From assembly GCA_009775195.1 (NCBI GenBank), contig VSPF01000001.1, positions 3,243-67,242 of the forward strand: a DNA stretch of 64,000 bases. The letters are read 5' to 3'. The notes below the pieces were generated by a model that ran no database searches, had not been told where the DNA came from, and was given only the letters and a program-made list of their open reading frames with translations. The position numbers were made by a program, and so were the translations under genes. Positions 9,191-17,925 of the stretch are shown in pieces. The stretch comes from Muribaculaceae bacterium. GTDB taxonomy: Bacteria; Bacteroidota; Bacteroidia; Bacteroidales; Muribaculaceae. Numbering within the stretch: position 1 is the first letter of the stretch; every line of letters starts with the position of its first letter.

Positions 9191-10114
9191 TTATTCATCC
9201 TTGACCATATTGAATTTAGCTGAGATTTCGCGCTGGTCGATGGCTTGGCGCAGGTTGAAGCGGCGTCGCTGGGTGAGATAGCCGGGCTTTTCGCATGTTA
9301 CCTCTATCTGGACGTTCCCGGAGTTTTCGAGAGTGAGACCACGGATGTCGAAGCTCTCGGTCGACTCATATGGTGTTGTGCCAAGGTATGTCGAATTGGA
9401 GTTGTGGACGTCGGGAGTAGAGGAAATCACGCGCCAGTATACGTCGCAGCCGCGAGGTGCGGATTCAATGAACCAGCGGATAATGGTGTTTTCAAGGGCT
9501 GTGTCGCCATTACCGTGGACCTGCTGGAGCGGTGCCTGCTGAGCGGTTCGAGGAACACTGAGTTTTGAGGCAATAGCTTGCCAATTGAGTTGTGACAAAG
9601 CGCGGACATACGCGGCATTGAGAGCGGAAGCCACGCTTTGATTGCCGACCACAGTGTAGTTCACGGAAACCGGGGCCGCATTGAATAGGATTTCATTGGC
9701 CGGACTCACCAGAGAATAGGTGAGTTCAATTTCCACCCTTGGCGGCATCCGCAAAGAAGCGTACACAAATTTGGTGATATCGACACGGAGAACCCTGTCG
9801 TTCTGCGGGTCCAGCCCAACCATGAAACCAGACGCAGAGGCATATTGTCGCAATCCGATTAACGCATAGTTCTGAACCGACGGATTGGGAATTGCCCTTA
9901 CGACATCCATTACAGATGCATCTGGAGCCGTTACGGCAAAGTTGAGCCCGTATGTCATACCGTTGTACCGGGGCAGACTGGCTGGATTGGAGTAGTTCAA
10001 ATCAATTTTGGACGTTCCAACCAGGGTGGACATTGGCCTGCTTGAACCGCAGGAAGAAATTACGATTGCGGAGATAAGTGATGCTGCCGCAAGCAGTGAT
10101 TGAAACAAACGCAT
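9191..10114 (-). CDS. Lipoprotein; YajG-like N-domain and PEGA-like C-domain (tentative)
   Basis: Lipobox ISSC; C-terminal IESAPRGCDVY...YLGTTPY...IEVTCEKPGY is PEGA-like. Confidence 0.75.
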   Translation of the reverse strand: MRLFQSLLAAASLISAIVISSCGSSRPMSTLVGTSKIDLNYSNPASLPRYNGMTYGLNFAVTAPDASVMDVVRAIPNPSVQNYALIGLRQYASASGFMVGLDPQNDRVLRVDITKFVYASLRMPPRVEIELTYSLVSPANEILFNAAPVSVNYTVVGNQSVASALNAAYVRALSQLNWQAIASKLSVPRTAQQAPLQQVHGNGDTALENTIIRWFIESAPRGCDVYWRVISSTPDVHNSNSTYLGTTPYESTESFDIRGLTLENSGNVQIEVTCEKPGYLTQRRRFNLRQAIDQREISAKFNMVKDE

Positions 10115-10117
10115 GGC

Positions 10118-10660
10118 TTAGTCGTTTTTGAGTCGGATAAGTTTGGCACTCACGGTAGTGGAGTAGACGACAGTCTTGCCATGGCCCTGGGTCATGCTCT
10201 GGGTGATGGGTTCGAGAATTCCGTCAGCATTGAGGCTATGTACCTGTGCTATGATTTTGGAGATAGCCACACGGCGGGCGAATTCCTCTCCGTTGGGCAG
10301 GGTGGTTGCCGGTGCACGATATTCAGATTCGAAATACCCCAAAGCTGCGACTCCGGAGAATTTATTAAGCGACCATCCGCTTTGGTCATTGAACGAAAAT
10401 TCATAGCTAAAAGAGCCGGCCGGGTCTTCGATGCGTACATTATTAGCATTGTACGTAACCTGGACATCGGCAGTCGCCGACACAGTATTTATTACAGTGT
10501 AGTCGGAGCGCTTAAGGTTCAGTGAGCTGAATGGTACAGCGGAAGCCGTGCTGACGGCATGGGGGATGACAAGAGTTGTCGGTTTTGACGAGCCGCACGA
10601 CGAGATTATCATAGCCGAGAAAATAGAGGCGGCAGCGAGTAAAGTTTGAAAAGTTCTCAT
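10118..10660 (-). CDS. Lipoprotein of unknown function (180 aa; possible YbjQ-like C-terminal fold)
   Basis: Start at MRTFQTLL (10660), lipobox ISSC; C-terminal ARRVAISKII..LNADGILEP...VSAKLIRLK. Confidence 0.75.
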   Translation of the reverse strand: MRTFQTLLAAASIFSAMIISSCGSSKPTTLVIPHAVSTASAVPFSSLNLKRSDYTVINTVSATADVQVTYNANNVRIEDPAGSFSYEFSFNDQSGWSLNKFSGVAALGYFESEYRAPATTLPNGEEFARRVAISKIIAQVHSLNADGILEPITQSMTQGHGKTVVYSTTVSAKLIRLKND

Positions 10661-10727
10661 GGATGAGTGGTTTTGAAAATGATTAGCTGCGAGTCCCGGC
10701 AGGAGAACTAAACTGAGGTATGGACAC

Positions 10728-10954
10728 AAAAAACGTGGACTCGAACTTTTGTTTGTTTCTGAGGTATCGCCAAACACCGTGCAATCAAACAAGTAAAAGC
10801 CCACGCTATAGAGCGTGAGCATTAACTTTTACTCTTGATTGCTTCTATAAAAATTTGGCGATTTTCAGAAACAAGAATAAAGCTAACGCTTTTTATTTAT
10901 GTCCTTGATAAAAATTTACTTCATTGGCAAAAATATTTGTTCGCGGCAAATTTA
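10728..10954 (-). promoter_or_regulatory. Promoter (TAAATTTG) plus structured 5' leader: ~120-nt rod hairpin with alternative terminator-like pairing
   Basis: Five nested complementary segments spanning 10753-10874; alternative GCGTGGGCT/AGTCCACGT stem followed by a T run. Confidence 0.6.
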
Positions 10955-10996
10955 ATAAAATATTTTATGATACACAACAGCACGTATAAAAAACGT

Positions 10997-11033
10997 GTTC
11001 AGCCGGTGTGGGTGCGCGCCATATCAGAACTAC
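10997..11033. repeat. Imperfect direct repeat, copy 2
   Basis: GTTCAGCCGGTGTGGGTGCGCGCCATATCAGAACTAC. Confidence 0.75.
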
Positions 11034-11151
11034 CACTCCATTAAACTATAATATGCAAGATTCCCATGAAAAACAAAACTTTTAGGGGCCAGTCGAAATA
11101 TCGGTGCATATTAGGGATTATCAACGATAAGAGCTCGACCCGTTTAAACAA

Positions 11152-11191
11152 CAACACCCCCGGGAGATTGGAAGGTCTCCCGGGGGTGTTG
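11152..11191 (-). terminator. Rho-independent terminator of the MBL-like gene
   Basis: 16-bp perfect stem CAACACCCCCGGGAGA / TCTCCCGGGGGTGTTG, followed by TTGTTT on the minus strand. Confidence 0.8.
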
Positions 11192-11207
11192 ATTTCACTA
11201 TGGCGGG

Positions 11208-11759
11208 TCAGTCTTGATATGTTGCCATCTTTGTTACCGATATCTTGGCAGCGAAGACGTCGGCAACGCTTTCGGCCACTATGGCGAGGGCGACTGAAGG
11301 ATGTTCGGTCGCTATGCGCTGTATTAGCACCTCGGTGCGCTTCTTGTCGGTCTCCTCGCCCAAGGCTCCGCCGAAAAATACGGTGGCATCCCCTGCTGTC
11401 ACATAGTAGGCTATGCCCGAGCCGGCATCGAAGGCCTCAACGTTGATACCCTTGCCGGCAACATCCTCTATGCGGTCGCCGGCACTCATCCAGGCTATGG
11501 GCATATCATCGTGGATTTCGCGTGTGGGTATGTCGTTACTCAGCACATAGACGCGCCTGTGCGACTGGGCCATATTGAATATGTCGGTGTCGAAGGTATA
11601 GCGGTGATTGTGGGTGACGAAGAATACTACGGCTTTTTCGGGTTGTTCGCGCAGGGCTTTCTCTACATGGTGGCCCTGGTCGCGGGTATAGTCGAAGACA
11701 AGTATCGAATCGGGTAATTCGAGCATGTAGCCCGAACGTTCGAGTTTAGTTATGTGCAT
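11208..11759 (-). CDS. Metallo-beta-lactamase-fold protein, degenerate metal motif
   Basis: ITKLERSGYMLE..ILVFDY, FFVTHNHRYTF in place of HxHxDH, IAYYV..VFFGG. Confidence 0.6.
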   Translation of the reverse strand: MHITKLERSGYMLELPDSILVFDYTRDQGHHVEKALREQPEKAVVFFVTHNHRYTFDTDIFNMAQSHRRVYVLSNDIPTREIHDDMPIAWMSAGDRIEDVAGKGINVEAFDAGSGIAYYVTAGDATVFFGGALGEETDKKRTEVLIQRIATEHPSVALAIVAESVADVFAAKISVTKMATYQD

Positions 11760-12002
11760 GGTTTGTGTGTTTTTAAGTTTTTAATTGTATTACTGATTAA
11801 TAAACACACGAGACCCGGCTAAGGTTTATAAAAACACGATAGAACGATTGCACAAGTGCGAACATATCCCAAATAGTGGCACCAAGACATTAAATAATGT
11901 TAAATATCAAAAAGCGGTCAATTTGCCAAAGAGTAGAATTTAAGGAGCGGTGATTTTTTTGTAATTTTGCATTTTGAAACATGCAGCATTAGAAAAGAAT
12001 CA

Positions 12003-13544
12003 ATGTCTACCACAAAGAAAATTCGCACAGCCCTTGTCTCGGTCTACAACAAAGACGGCATCGGCGACATCGTAAAGAAACTTCACCAACTCGGAGTAGA
12101 GCTGCTCTCGACAGGCGGTACACAGACATATATCGAAAGCCTCGGCATCCCCTGCAAGGCCGTAGAAGACCTCACCGGCTATCCGTCAATCTTAGGAGGC
12201 CGCGTAAAAACCCTTCACCCCAAGGTATTCGGCGGCATACTCGCACGCCGCGACAACGAATCTGACAAAGCAGACTCGGCCAAATACGAAATAGCACCCA
12301 TCGACCTGGTTATCGTCGACCTCTATCCCTTCGAGGCCACTGTGGCATCGGGAGCAAGCTTCGACGATATCATCGAAAAAATCGACATAGGCGGCATCTC
12401 GCTCATCCGTGGCGCCGCCAAGAATTTCAACGACGTTGTCATCGTCGCTTCCGAGCGTCAGTTCGGACTACTCGAGGGCATCCTCGACACCCAGGGTGCC
12501 GAGACCACTCTCGAGCAGCGCCAGCTCTTCGCCCGCGAGGCTTTCGCCGTATCGTCGGGCTACGACTCGGCCATCTACAACTGGTTTGCCGGCGTAACGC
12601 CCGTAGAGCCGGGTAAGGAATCGGCCCTACGTGTAGCCATCGACGGCGCCAAGGCCCTCCGCTATGGCGAAAACCCACACCAGGCCGCTGCCTACTACGG
12701 CAATTTCGACGCCATCTTCGACCAGCTCCACGGCAAGGAAATCAGCTATAACAACCTGCTCGACATCGACGCCGCCTGCGCCCTCATCGACGAGTTCGAC
12801 ACCACCACCATGGCCGTGCTCAAGCACAACAACGCCTGCGGCTGCGCCAGCCGTGGCACCGTGGCCGAGGCATGGGCCGACGCCCTCGCCGGCGACCCCG
12901 TGTCGGCTTTCGGCGGCATCATCATCACCAACAGCAAGGTCGAGGCCGATGCAGCAGCCGAGATGGGCAAAATCTTCTTCGAGGTCATCATCGCCCCCGA
13001 CTATAGCGACGACGCCCTCACAATACTCCAGCAGAAGAAAAACCGCATCATCCTTCGCCGCAAGGCCGTAGTCGCCCCCGGCAAACGTATGCGCACAATA
13101 CTCGGCGGCATGCTCGTTCAAGACAACGACAGCAAGCTCGAAAGTCCCGAAGAGCTGAAACTCGTTGCCGGCGACAGCCTTAGCGACCAACAGGTAGCCG
13201 ACATGCTCTTTGCCAACAAGCTCGTAAAGCACAGCAAGAGCAACGCGATTGTCCTTGCCCGCAACGGCCAGCTCATCGCCTCGGGCGTGGGTCAGACTTC
13301 GCGTGTCGACGCACTCAAACAGGCCATCGAAAAGGCCCACAGCTTCGGCTTCGACCTCCACGGTGCCACCATGGCATCCGACGCCTTCTTCCCCTTCGGC
13401 GACTGCGTGGAAATCGCACACAAGGCCGGTGTCGACAATGTAATCCAGCCCGGCGGCTCTATCCGCGACAACGAGTCGGTCGACTACTGCCGCGCCAACG
13501 GCATGACCATGGTCATGACCGGCTTCCGCCACTTCCGTCACTAA
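12003..13544 (+). CDS. purH: Bifunctional AICAR transformylase / IMP cyclohydrolase
   Basis: STGGT, GGRVKTLHP, IDIGG, LRYGENPHQ, KHNNACG, ASDAFFPF, GFRHFRH. Confidence 0.97.
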   Translation: MSTTKKIRTALVSVYNKDGIGDIVKKLHQLGVELLSTGGTQTYIESLGIPCKAVEDLTGYPSILGGRVKTLHPKVFGGILARRDNESDKADSAKYEIAPIDLVIVDLYPFEATVASGASFDDIIEKIDIGGISLIRGAAKNFNDVVIVASERQFGLLEGILDTQGAETTLEQRQLFAREAFAVSSGYDSAIYNWFAGVTPVEPGKESALRVAIDGAKALRYGENPHQAAAYYGNFDAIFDQLHGKEISYNNLLDIDAACALIDEFDTTTMAVLKHNNACGCASRGTVAEAWADALAGDPVSAFGGIIITNSKVEADAAAEMGKIFFEVIIAPDYSDDALTILQQKKNRIILRRKAVVAPGKRMRTILGGMLVQDNDSKLESPEELKLVAGDSLSDQQVADMLFANKLVKHSKSNAIVLARNGQLIASGVGQTSRVDALKQAIEKAHSFGFDLHGATMASDAFFPFGDCVEIAHKAGVDNVIQPGGSIRDNESVDYCRANGMTMVMTGFRHFRH

Positions 13545-13595
13545 TCACGACGGGTTAAAAGCCTCCCCTCTACACACAAGATTAACAGACAAGAA

Positions 13596-14615
13596 ATGAG
13601 ATTATTCTCTCTTACCAAAGAAATAGCAATCGACCTTGGCACAGCCAATACGATTATAATACATAACGACAAAATCGTTATCAACGAGCCGTCAATCGTC
13701 GCCCTCGACAACCGCACCGACAAGCTCATCGCCGTAGGCAAGGAAGCCCACCTGATGGAGGGCAAAGGGCACCCCGGCATACGCACCGTGCGCCCCCTGC
13801 GCAAGGGCGTCATCGCCGACTTCAACGCCGCCGAGCTGATGATACGCGGCCTCATCAAGAAGGCCAGCACCAAGAACAACTGGTTCTCGCCGTCGCTGCG
13901 CATGGTCGTGGGCATACCCTCGGGCTCGTCGGAAGTCGAAGTACGCGCCGTGCGCGACTCGTCGGAACATGCCGACGGTCGCGACGTCTACATGATTCAC
14001 GAGCCTATGGCCGCAGCCCTCGGCATCGGCCTCGACGTAGAGGCCCCCGAAGGCAACATGATTGTCGACATAGGCGGCGGCACGACCGAAATCGCCGTAA
14101 TATCGCTCGGCGGTATCGTCAGCAACAAGAGCATACAGGTTGCCGGCGACGACCTTACCGACGACATCCTCAACCACATGCGCCGCGCCCACAATATCAA
14201 GGTAGGCGTGCGCACGGCCGAACAAATCAAGATGCACGTGGGCTCGGCCCTTACCGAGCTCGAAAATCCGCCCGAGGACTATGTGGTACACGGCCCCAAC
14301 CTTATGACCGCGCTGCCCCTCGAGGTGCCCGTAAGCTATCAGGAAATCTGCCACTGCATCGAAAAGACCATATCGAAAATCGAGGCAGCCGTGCTCAGTG
14401 CCCTCGAGCAGACACCGCCCGAACTTTACGCCGACATCGTGCGCAACGGTATCTACCTTGCCGGCGGCGGCGCATTGCTGCGCGGTCTCGACAAACGTCT
14501 GATTGACAAAATCGGCATACAGTTCCACATAGCCGAAGACCCACTGCTCTGCGTGGCCAAAGGCACAGGCGTGGCCCTGAAGAATTATCAGAACTTCTCA
14601 TTCCTGATTAGGTAA
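13596..14615 (+). CDS. mreB: Rod shape-determining protein MreB
   Basis: IDLGTANT, EPMAAALG, VDIGGGTTE, LAGGGALL. Confidence 0.97.
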   Translation: MRLFSLTKEIAIDLGTANTIIIHNDKIVINEPSIVALDNRTDKLIAVGKEAHLMEGKGHPGIRTVRPLRKGVIADFNAAELMIRGLIKKASTKNNWFSPSLRMVVGIPSGSSEVEVRAVRDSSEHADGRDVYMIHEPMAAALGIGLDVEAPEGNMIVDIGGGTTEIAVISLGGIVSNKSIQVAGDDLTDDILNHMRRAHNIKVGVRTAEQIKMHVGSALTELENPPEDYVVHGPNLMTALPLEVPVSYQEICHCIEKTISKIEAAVLSALEQTPPELYADIVRNGIYLAGGGALLRGLDKRLIDKIGIQFHIAEDPLLCVAKGTGVALKNYQNFSFLIR

Positions 14616-14633
14616 AAGAGAGGGGGCAGGCAC

Positions 14634-15503
14634 GTGAACGAACTTGTCGCCTTTCTTATCCGTCACAGCAAGTGGTTTGTCTTCACCTTCCTGGTGGTGA
14701 TAAGCTGCATGCTGCTTTTTCGTGACGACCCCTACCGCCAGCACCTCTACCTGACCTCGGCCGGACGCCTTGCATCGACAGCCTACAAGAGTGCCAACAA
14801 TGTGACCTCGTATTTCAACCTCCACGACATCAACGACGACCTCAACCGCCGCAATGCCGAACTTCAGACCGAGATTGTGCGCCTGCAGCAGCGCATCGAC
14901 CTGATGACAGAGCAGGGATACAAGGACACCATGACCGTAGACTCGGGCGTGCCACACTTCGAGTTTATTGTCGCCCACGTGATTAACAACAGCGTTGCGC
15001 ACCCCTACAACTACATCACTATCAACAAAGGCAGCAACGACGGCATCAAGCCAGAGCTTGGCGTGGTAGACCGCAACGGCGTTGTCGGCATCGTGAGCAA
15101 CGTAGGGCCGTCGAGTGCGCGAGTAATATCGCTTCTCAACCCGCACTTCCGCCTGTCGTGCAAGCTCAAGCGCACCGACTACTTCGGTTCGCTTGTGTGG
15201 GACGGCAACAGCCCCGACGAGGCCATGCTCGAAGAGTTGCCCAGGCATACCGTCTTCGCTGCCGGCGACACTATTGTCACCAGCGGTTACTCGGCGGTAT
15301 TCCCGGCCGGTCTGCCTGTCGGAGTAGTGATTGACGACGATACCGACCACAATCAGAACTTCTTTACCCTGCGGGTCAAGCTGCTCACCGACTTCACCAC
15401 CCTGAGCAACGTACAGGTCGTGGTCAACAACCATGCCGACGAACTGCGCGCTCTTACCGCCGGAGAAGAAAACGACTCGAAGAAGAACCCCTTCGGCACC
15501 TAA
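14634..15503 (+). CDS. mreC: Rod shape-determining protein MreC
   Basis: TM + coiled coil, ITINKGSNDGI, GVVGIV, GDTIVTSG..VFPAGLPVG. Confidence 0.93.
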   Translation: MNELVAFLIRHSKWFVFTFLVVISCMLLFRDDPYRQHLYLTSAGRLASTAYKSANNVTSYFNLHDINDDLNRRNAELQTEIVRLQQRIDLMTEQGYKDTMTVDSGVPHFEFIVAHVINNSVAHPYNYITINKGSNDGIKPELGVVDRNGVVGIVSNVGPSSARVISLLNPHFRLSCKLKRTDYFGSLVWDGNSPDEAMLEELPRHTVFAAGDTIVTSGYSAVFPAGLPVGVVIDDDTDHNQNFFTLRVKLLTDFTTLSNVQVVVNNHADELRALTAGEENDSKKNPFGT

Positions 15504-15518
15504 GCCAGCGACACGACT

Positions 15519-16034
15519 ATGACAAAGTTTGCAATAAAATATGCACTGCTGTTCCTATTGCTTGTGCCGGCACAGGCGATAGTGTTCAACCACCTCATAT
15601 TGTTCGACGTGGCCGTGCCGGTGGTGTTTATCTACCTCATAGTGATGCTGCCTGTCACCATAGGCACCAACCTGTCGACCTTTCTCGGTTTCCTTGCCGG
15701 CCTGAATGTCGACATGTTTTGCGACACTCCCGGAGTCAACGCCCTATGCGCCACCACGCTGGCATTTGCCCGCAAACCGGTCTTCCATCTCTACGTGTCG
15801 ATGGACGACGACCTCGCCGGCCGTTCGCCCTCGTCGCGCACGATGGGACACGCTGCCTTTATGAAATTCCTTGTCACCATGACCACCATCTATTGCGCCA
15901 TGGTCTTTACCGTCGAGGCATTCCAGTTTTTCAACTTCCGCCTGCTCCTGCTGCGCATAGTGGCCTCTACAGCCTATACATTTATCCTCCTCTACGCTGT
16001 CGACTGCCTCAGCCTCCGTTCGCGCGAGGCATAG
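15519..16034 (+). CDS. mreD: Rod shape-determining protein MreD
   Basis: Hydrophobic 171 aa, DMFCDTPGVNA, operon position. Confidence 0.88.
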   Translation: MTKFAIKYALLFLLLVPAQAIVFNHLILFDVAVPVVFIYLIVMLPVTIGTNLSTFLGFLAGLNVDMFCDTPGVNALCATTLAFARKPVFHLYVSMDDDLAGRSPSSRTMGHAAFMKFLVTMTTIYCAMVFTVEAFQFFNFRLLLLRIVASTAYTFILLYAVDCLSLRSREA

Positions 16035-16065
16035 TGGTCAGCGAGGCACAACACCCAGCCTCCAC

Positions 16066-17925
16066 GTGAGAAAAAACTATAATTTAGAGAAACGCAAATA
16101 TGTCATCGGCGGTTTCATACTGCTGATAGGCTTGATATACCTGGTCCGTCTGTTCGACCTGCAAATCAACGACGAGAAATACAAAGAGTCGGCCGACTCT
16201 AACGCCTTTCTTAAAAAGACGGTCTACCCCTCGCGAGGCCTCATCTATGACCGCAACGGCGAACTGGTGGTATTCAACCAGCCGGCCTACGACGTGATGA
16301 TGATACCGCGCGACGTGCAGCCCTTCGACACTGTCGACTTCTGCCAGACTATCAACATCACGCCCGAGCAGTTCCGCAAGCGCATGACCGACATGAAAGA
16401 CAAGCGCCTCAACCCGGGCTACTCGTCGTACACACCGCAGCGACTGATTTCGCAACTCTCGGTCGAAGATTACGGACGCCTGCAAGAAAAGCTCTACCGC
16501 TTCCCGGGCTTCTTTATCCAGAAACGCATACTGCGCCAATACAAGACCCCGACGGCGGCCAACGTACTCGGCAACATCCGCGAGGTCAACCGCGACGACA
16601 TAGAGCGCGACCCCTATTACTCGCCCGGCGACTACACCGGTGACCTCGGCATCGAGAAGAGCTACGAGCCGTATCTTCGCGGTGTAAAGGGCGTAGAAAT
16701 CCTCATGCGCGACGCGCGCGGGCGAATACAGGGCCGCTACGAGGACGGTGCCAACGACGTAGAGCCAATCTCGGGCCGCGACCTCAGGCTCAGCCTCGAC
16801 ATAAAGCTGCAGCAATATGCCGAGTCGCTCATGGTGGGTAAACGCGGTGCCGTGGTGGCCATCGAACCGGCCACGGGCGAAATCCTGTGCATGGTGTCGA
16901 TGCCCAACTACGACCCAACACTGCTCGTCGGCCGTCAGCGTGGCGAGAACTATAAGAAACTCGTGCAAGACCAGTCGTGGCCGCTCTTCGACCGCGCCCT
17001 GATGGGCGCATACCCTCCCGGCTCGACTTTCAAACCCACCCAGGGCCTGATATTCCTGCAAGAGGGCATCATCGACCTGCACACCACCTACCCCTGCCAC
17101 GGCGGCTATATCAACGGCGGCCTGCGTGTCGACTGTCACTCCCACCCGTCGCCGCTGCCGCTAATACCGGCCCTCGGCACATCGTGCAACGCATGCTTCT
17201 GCTGGGTTTTCAAGGCCATGATTGACCGTCGCAGCAAATACGGCTCGTCGGCAAAGGCATTCGAAGTATGGAAAAACCACCTCGTATCGATGGGCTACGG
17301 CTACAAGCTCGGCGTAGACCTGCCCGGCGAAAGCCGAGGCTATATCCCTAATGCCAAAGTCTACGACAAATATTACAGTGAAGGACACTGGAGCGCCAAC
17401 ACCATCATATCGGTTTCTATCGGCCAGGGCGAAATACTCGCCACGCCGCTACAGATTGCCAATCTCGGGGCCACCATCGCCAACCGGGGCTACTTCATAA
17501 CGCCGCACGTCGTAAAAGGCATACAAGACACCGTGATAGACGAAAAGCTGCTCGAGAAGCGTTATCCGACCGTCGAGGCCCACTACTACAACGCGGTGGC
17601 CGACGGCATGCGCACAGCCGTTACAGGTGGCACCTGCCGCCGCGCCGCCATACCCGGCATCGAGGTCTGCGGCAAGACAGGCACGGCCCAGAACCCCCAC
17701 GGCAAAGACCACTCGGCCTTTATGGGCTTCGCGCCATATAAAGACCCCAAGATTGCAGTGGCAGTCTATGTCGAGGGCGGCGGCTGGGGCGCGACATTCG
17801 GCGTGCCCATCGGCAGCCTCGTGATGGAAAAATACCTCACCGGCACCATCGCCCCCGAACGCCGGTATATGGAAGAACAAATGCTAAATATGACACTCTA
17901 CTATGCCGCTCCCAAGAAGAAATGA
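16066..17925 (+). CDS. mrdA: Penicillin-binding protein 2
   Basis: YPPGSTFK (SxxK), SCN, KTGTAQ. Confidence 0.96.
   Translation: MRKNYNLEKRKYVIGGFILLIGLIYLVRLFDLQINDEKYKESADSNAFLKKTVYPSRGLIYDRNGELVVFNQPAYDVMMIPRDVQPFDTVDFCQTINITPEQFRKRMTDMKDKRLNPGYSSYTPQRLISQLSVEDYGRLQEKLYRFPGFFIQKRILRQYKTPTAANVLGNIREVNRDDIERDPYYSPGDYTGDLGIEKSYEPYLRGVKGVEILMRDARGRIQGRYEDGANDVEPISGRDLRLSLDIKLQQYAESLMVGKRGAVVAIEPATGEILCMVSMPNYDPTLLVGRQRGENYKKLVQDQSWPLFDRALMGAYPPGSTFKPTQGLIFLQEGIIDLHTTYPCHGGYINGGLRVDCHSHPSPLPLIPALGTSCNACFCWVFKAMIDRRSKYGSSAKAFEVWKNHLVSMGYGYKLGVDLPGESRGYIPNAKVYDKYYSEGHWSANTIISVSIGQGEILATPLQIANLGATIANRGYFITPHVVKGIQDTVIDEKLLEKRYPTVEAHYYNAVADGMRTAVTGGTCRRAAIPGIEVCGKTGTAQNPHGKDHSAFMGFAPYKDPKIAVAVYVEGGGWGATFGVPIGSLVMEKYLTGTIAPERRYMEEQMLNMTLYYAAPKKK

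Noticed and set aside
10661..10822. Upstream extension of the 234-aa ORF (MLTLYSVGF...)
   Set aside because: It runs through the hairpin leader; the signal peptide begins at the ATG at 10660
9079..11033. Direct repeats as a CRISPR array or integron attC sites
   Set aside because: Only two copies ~1.9 kb apart, no cas or intI gene, and the ends do not fit RYYYAAC...GTTRRRY
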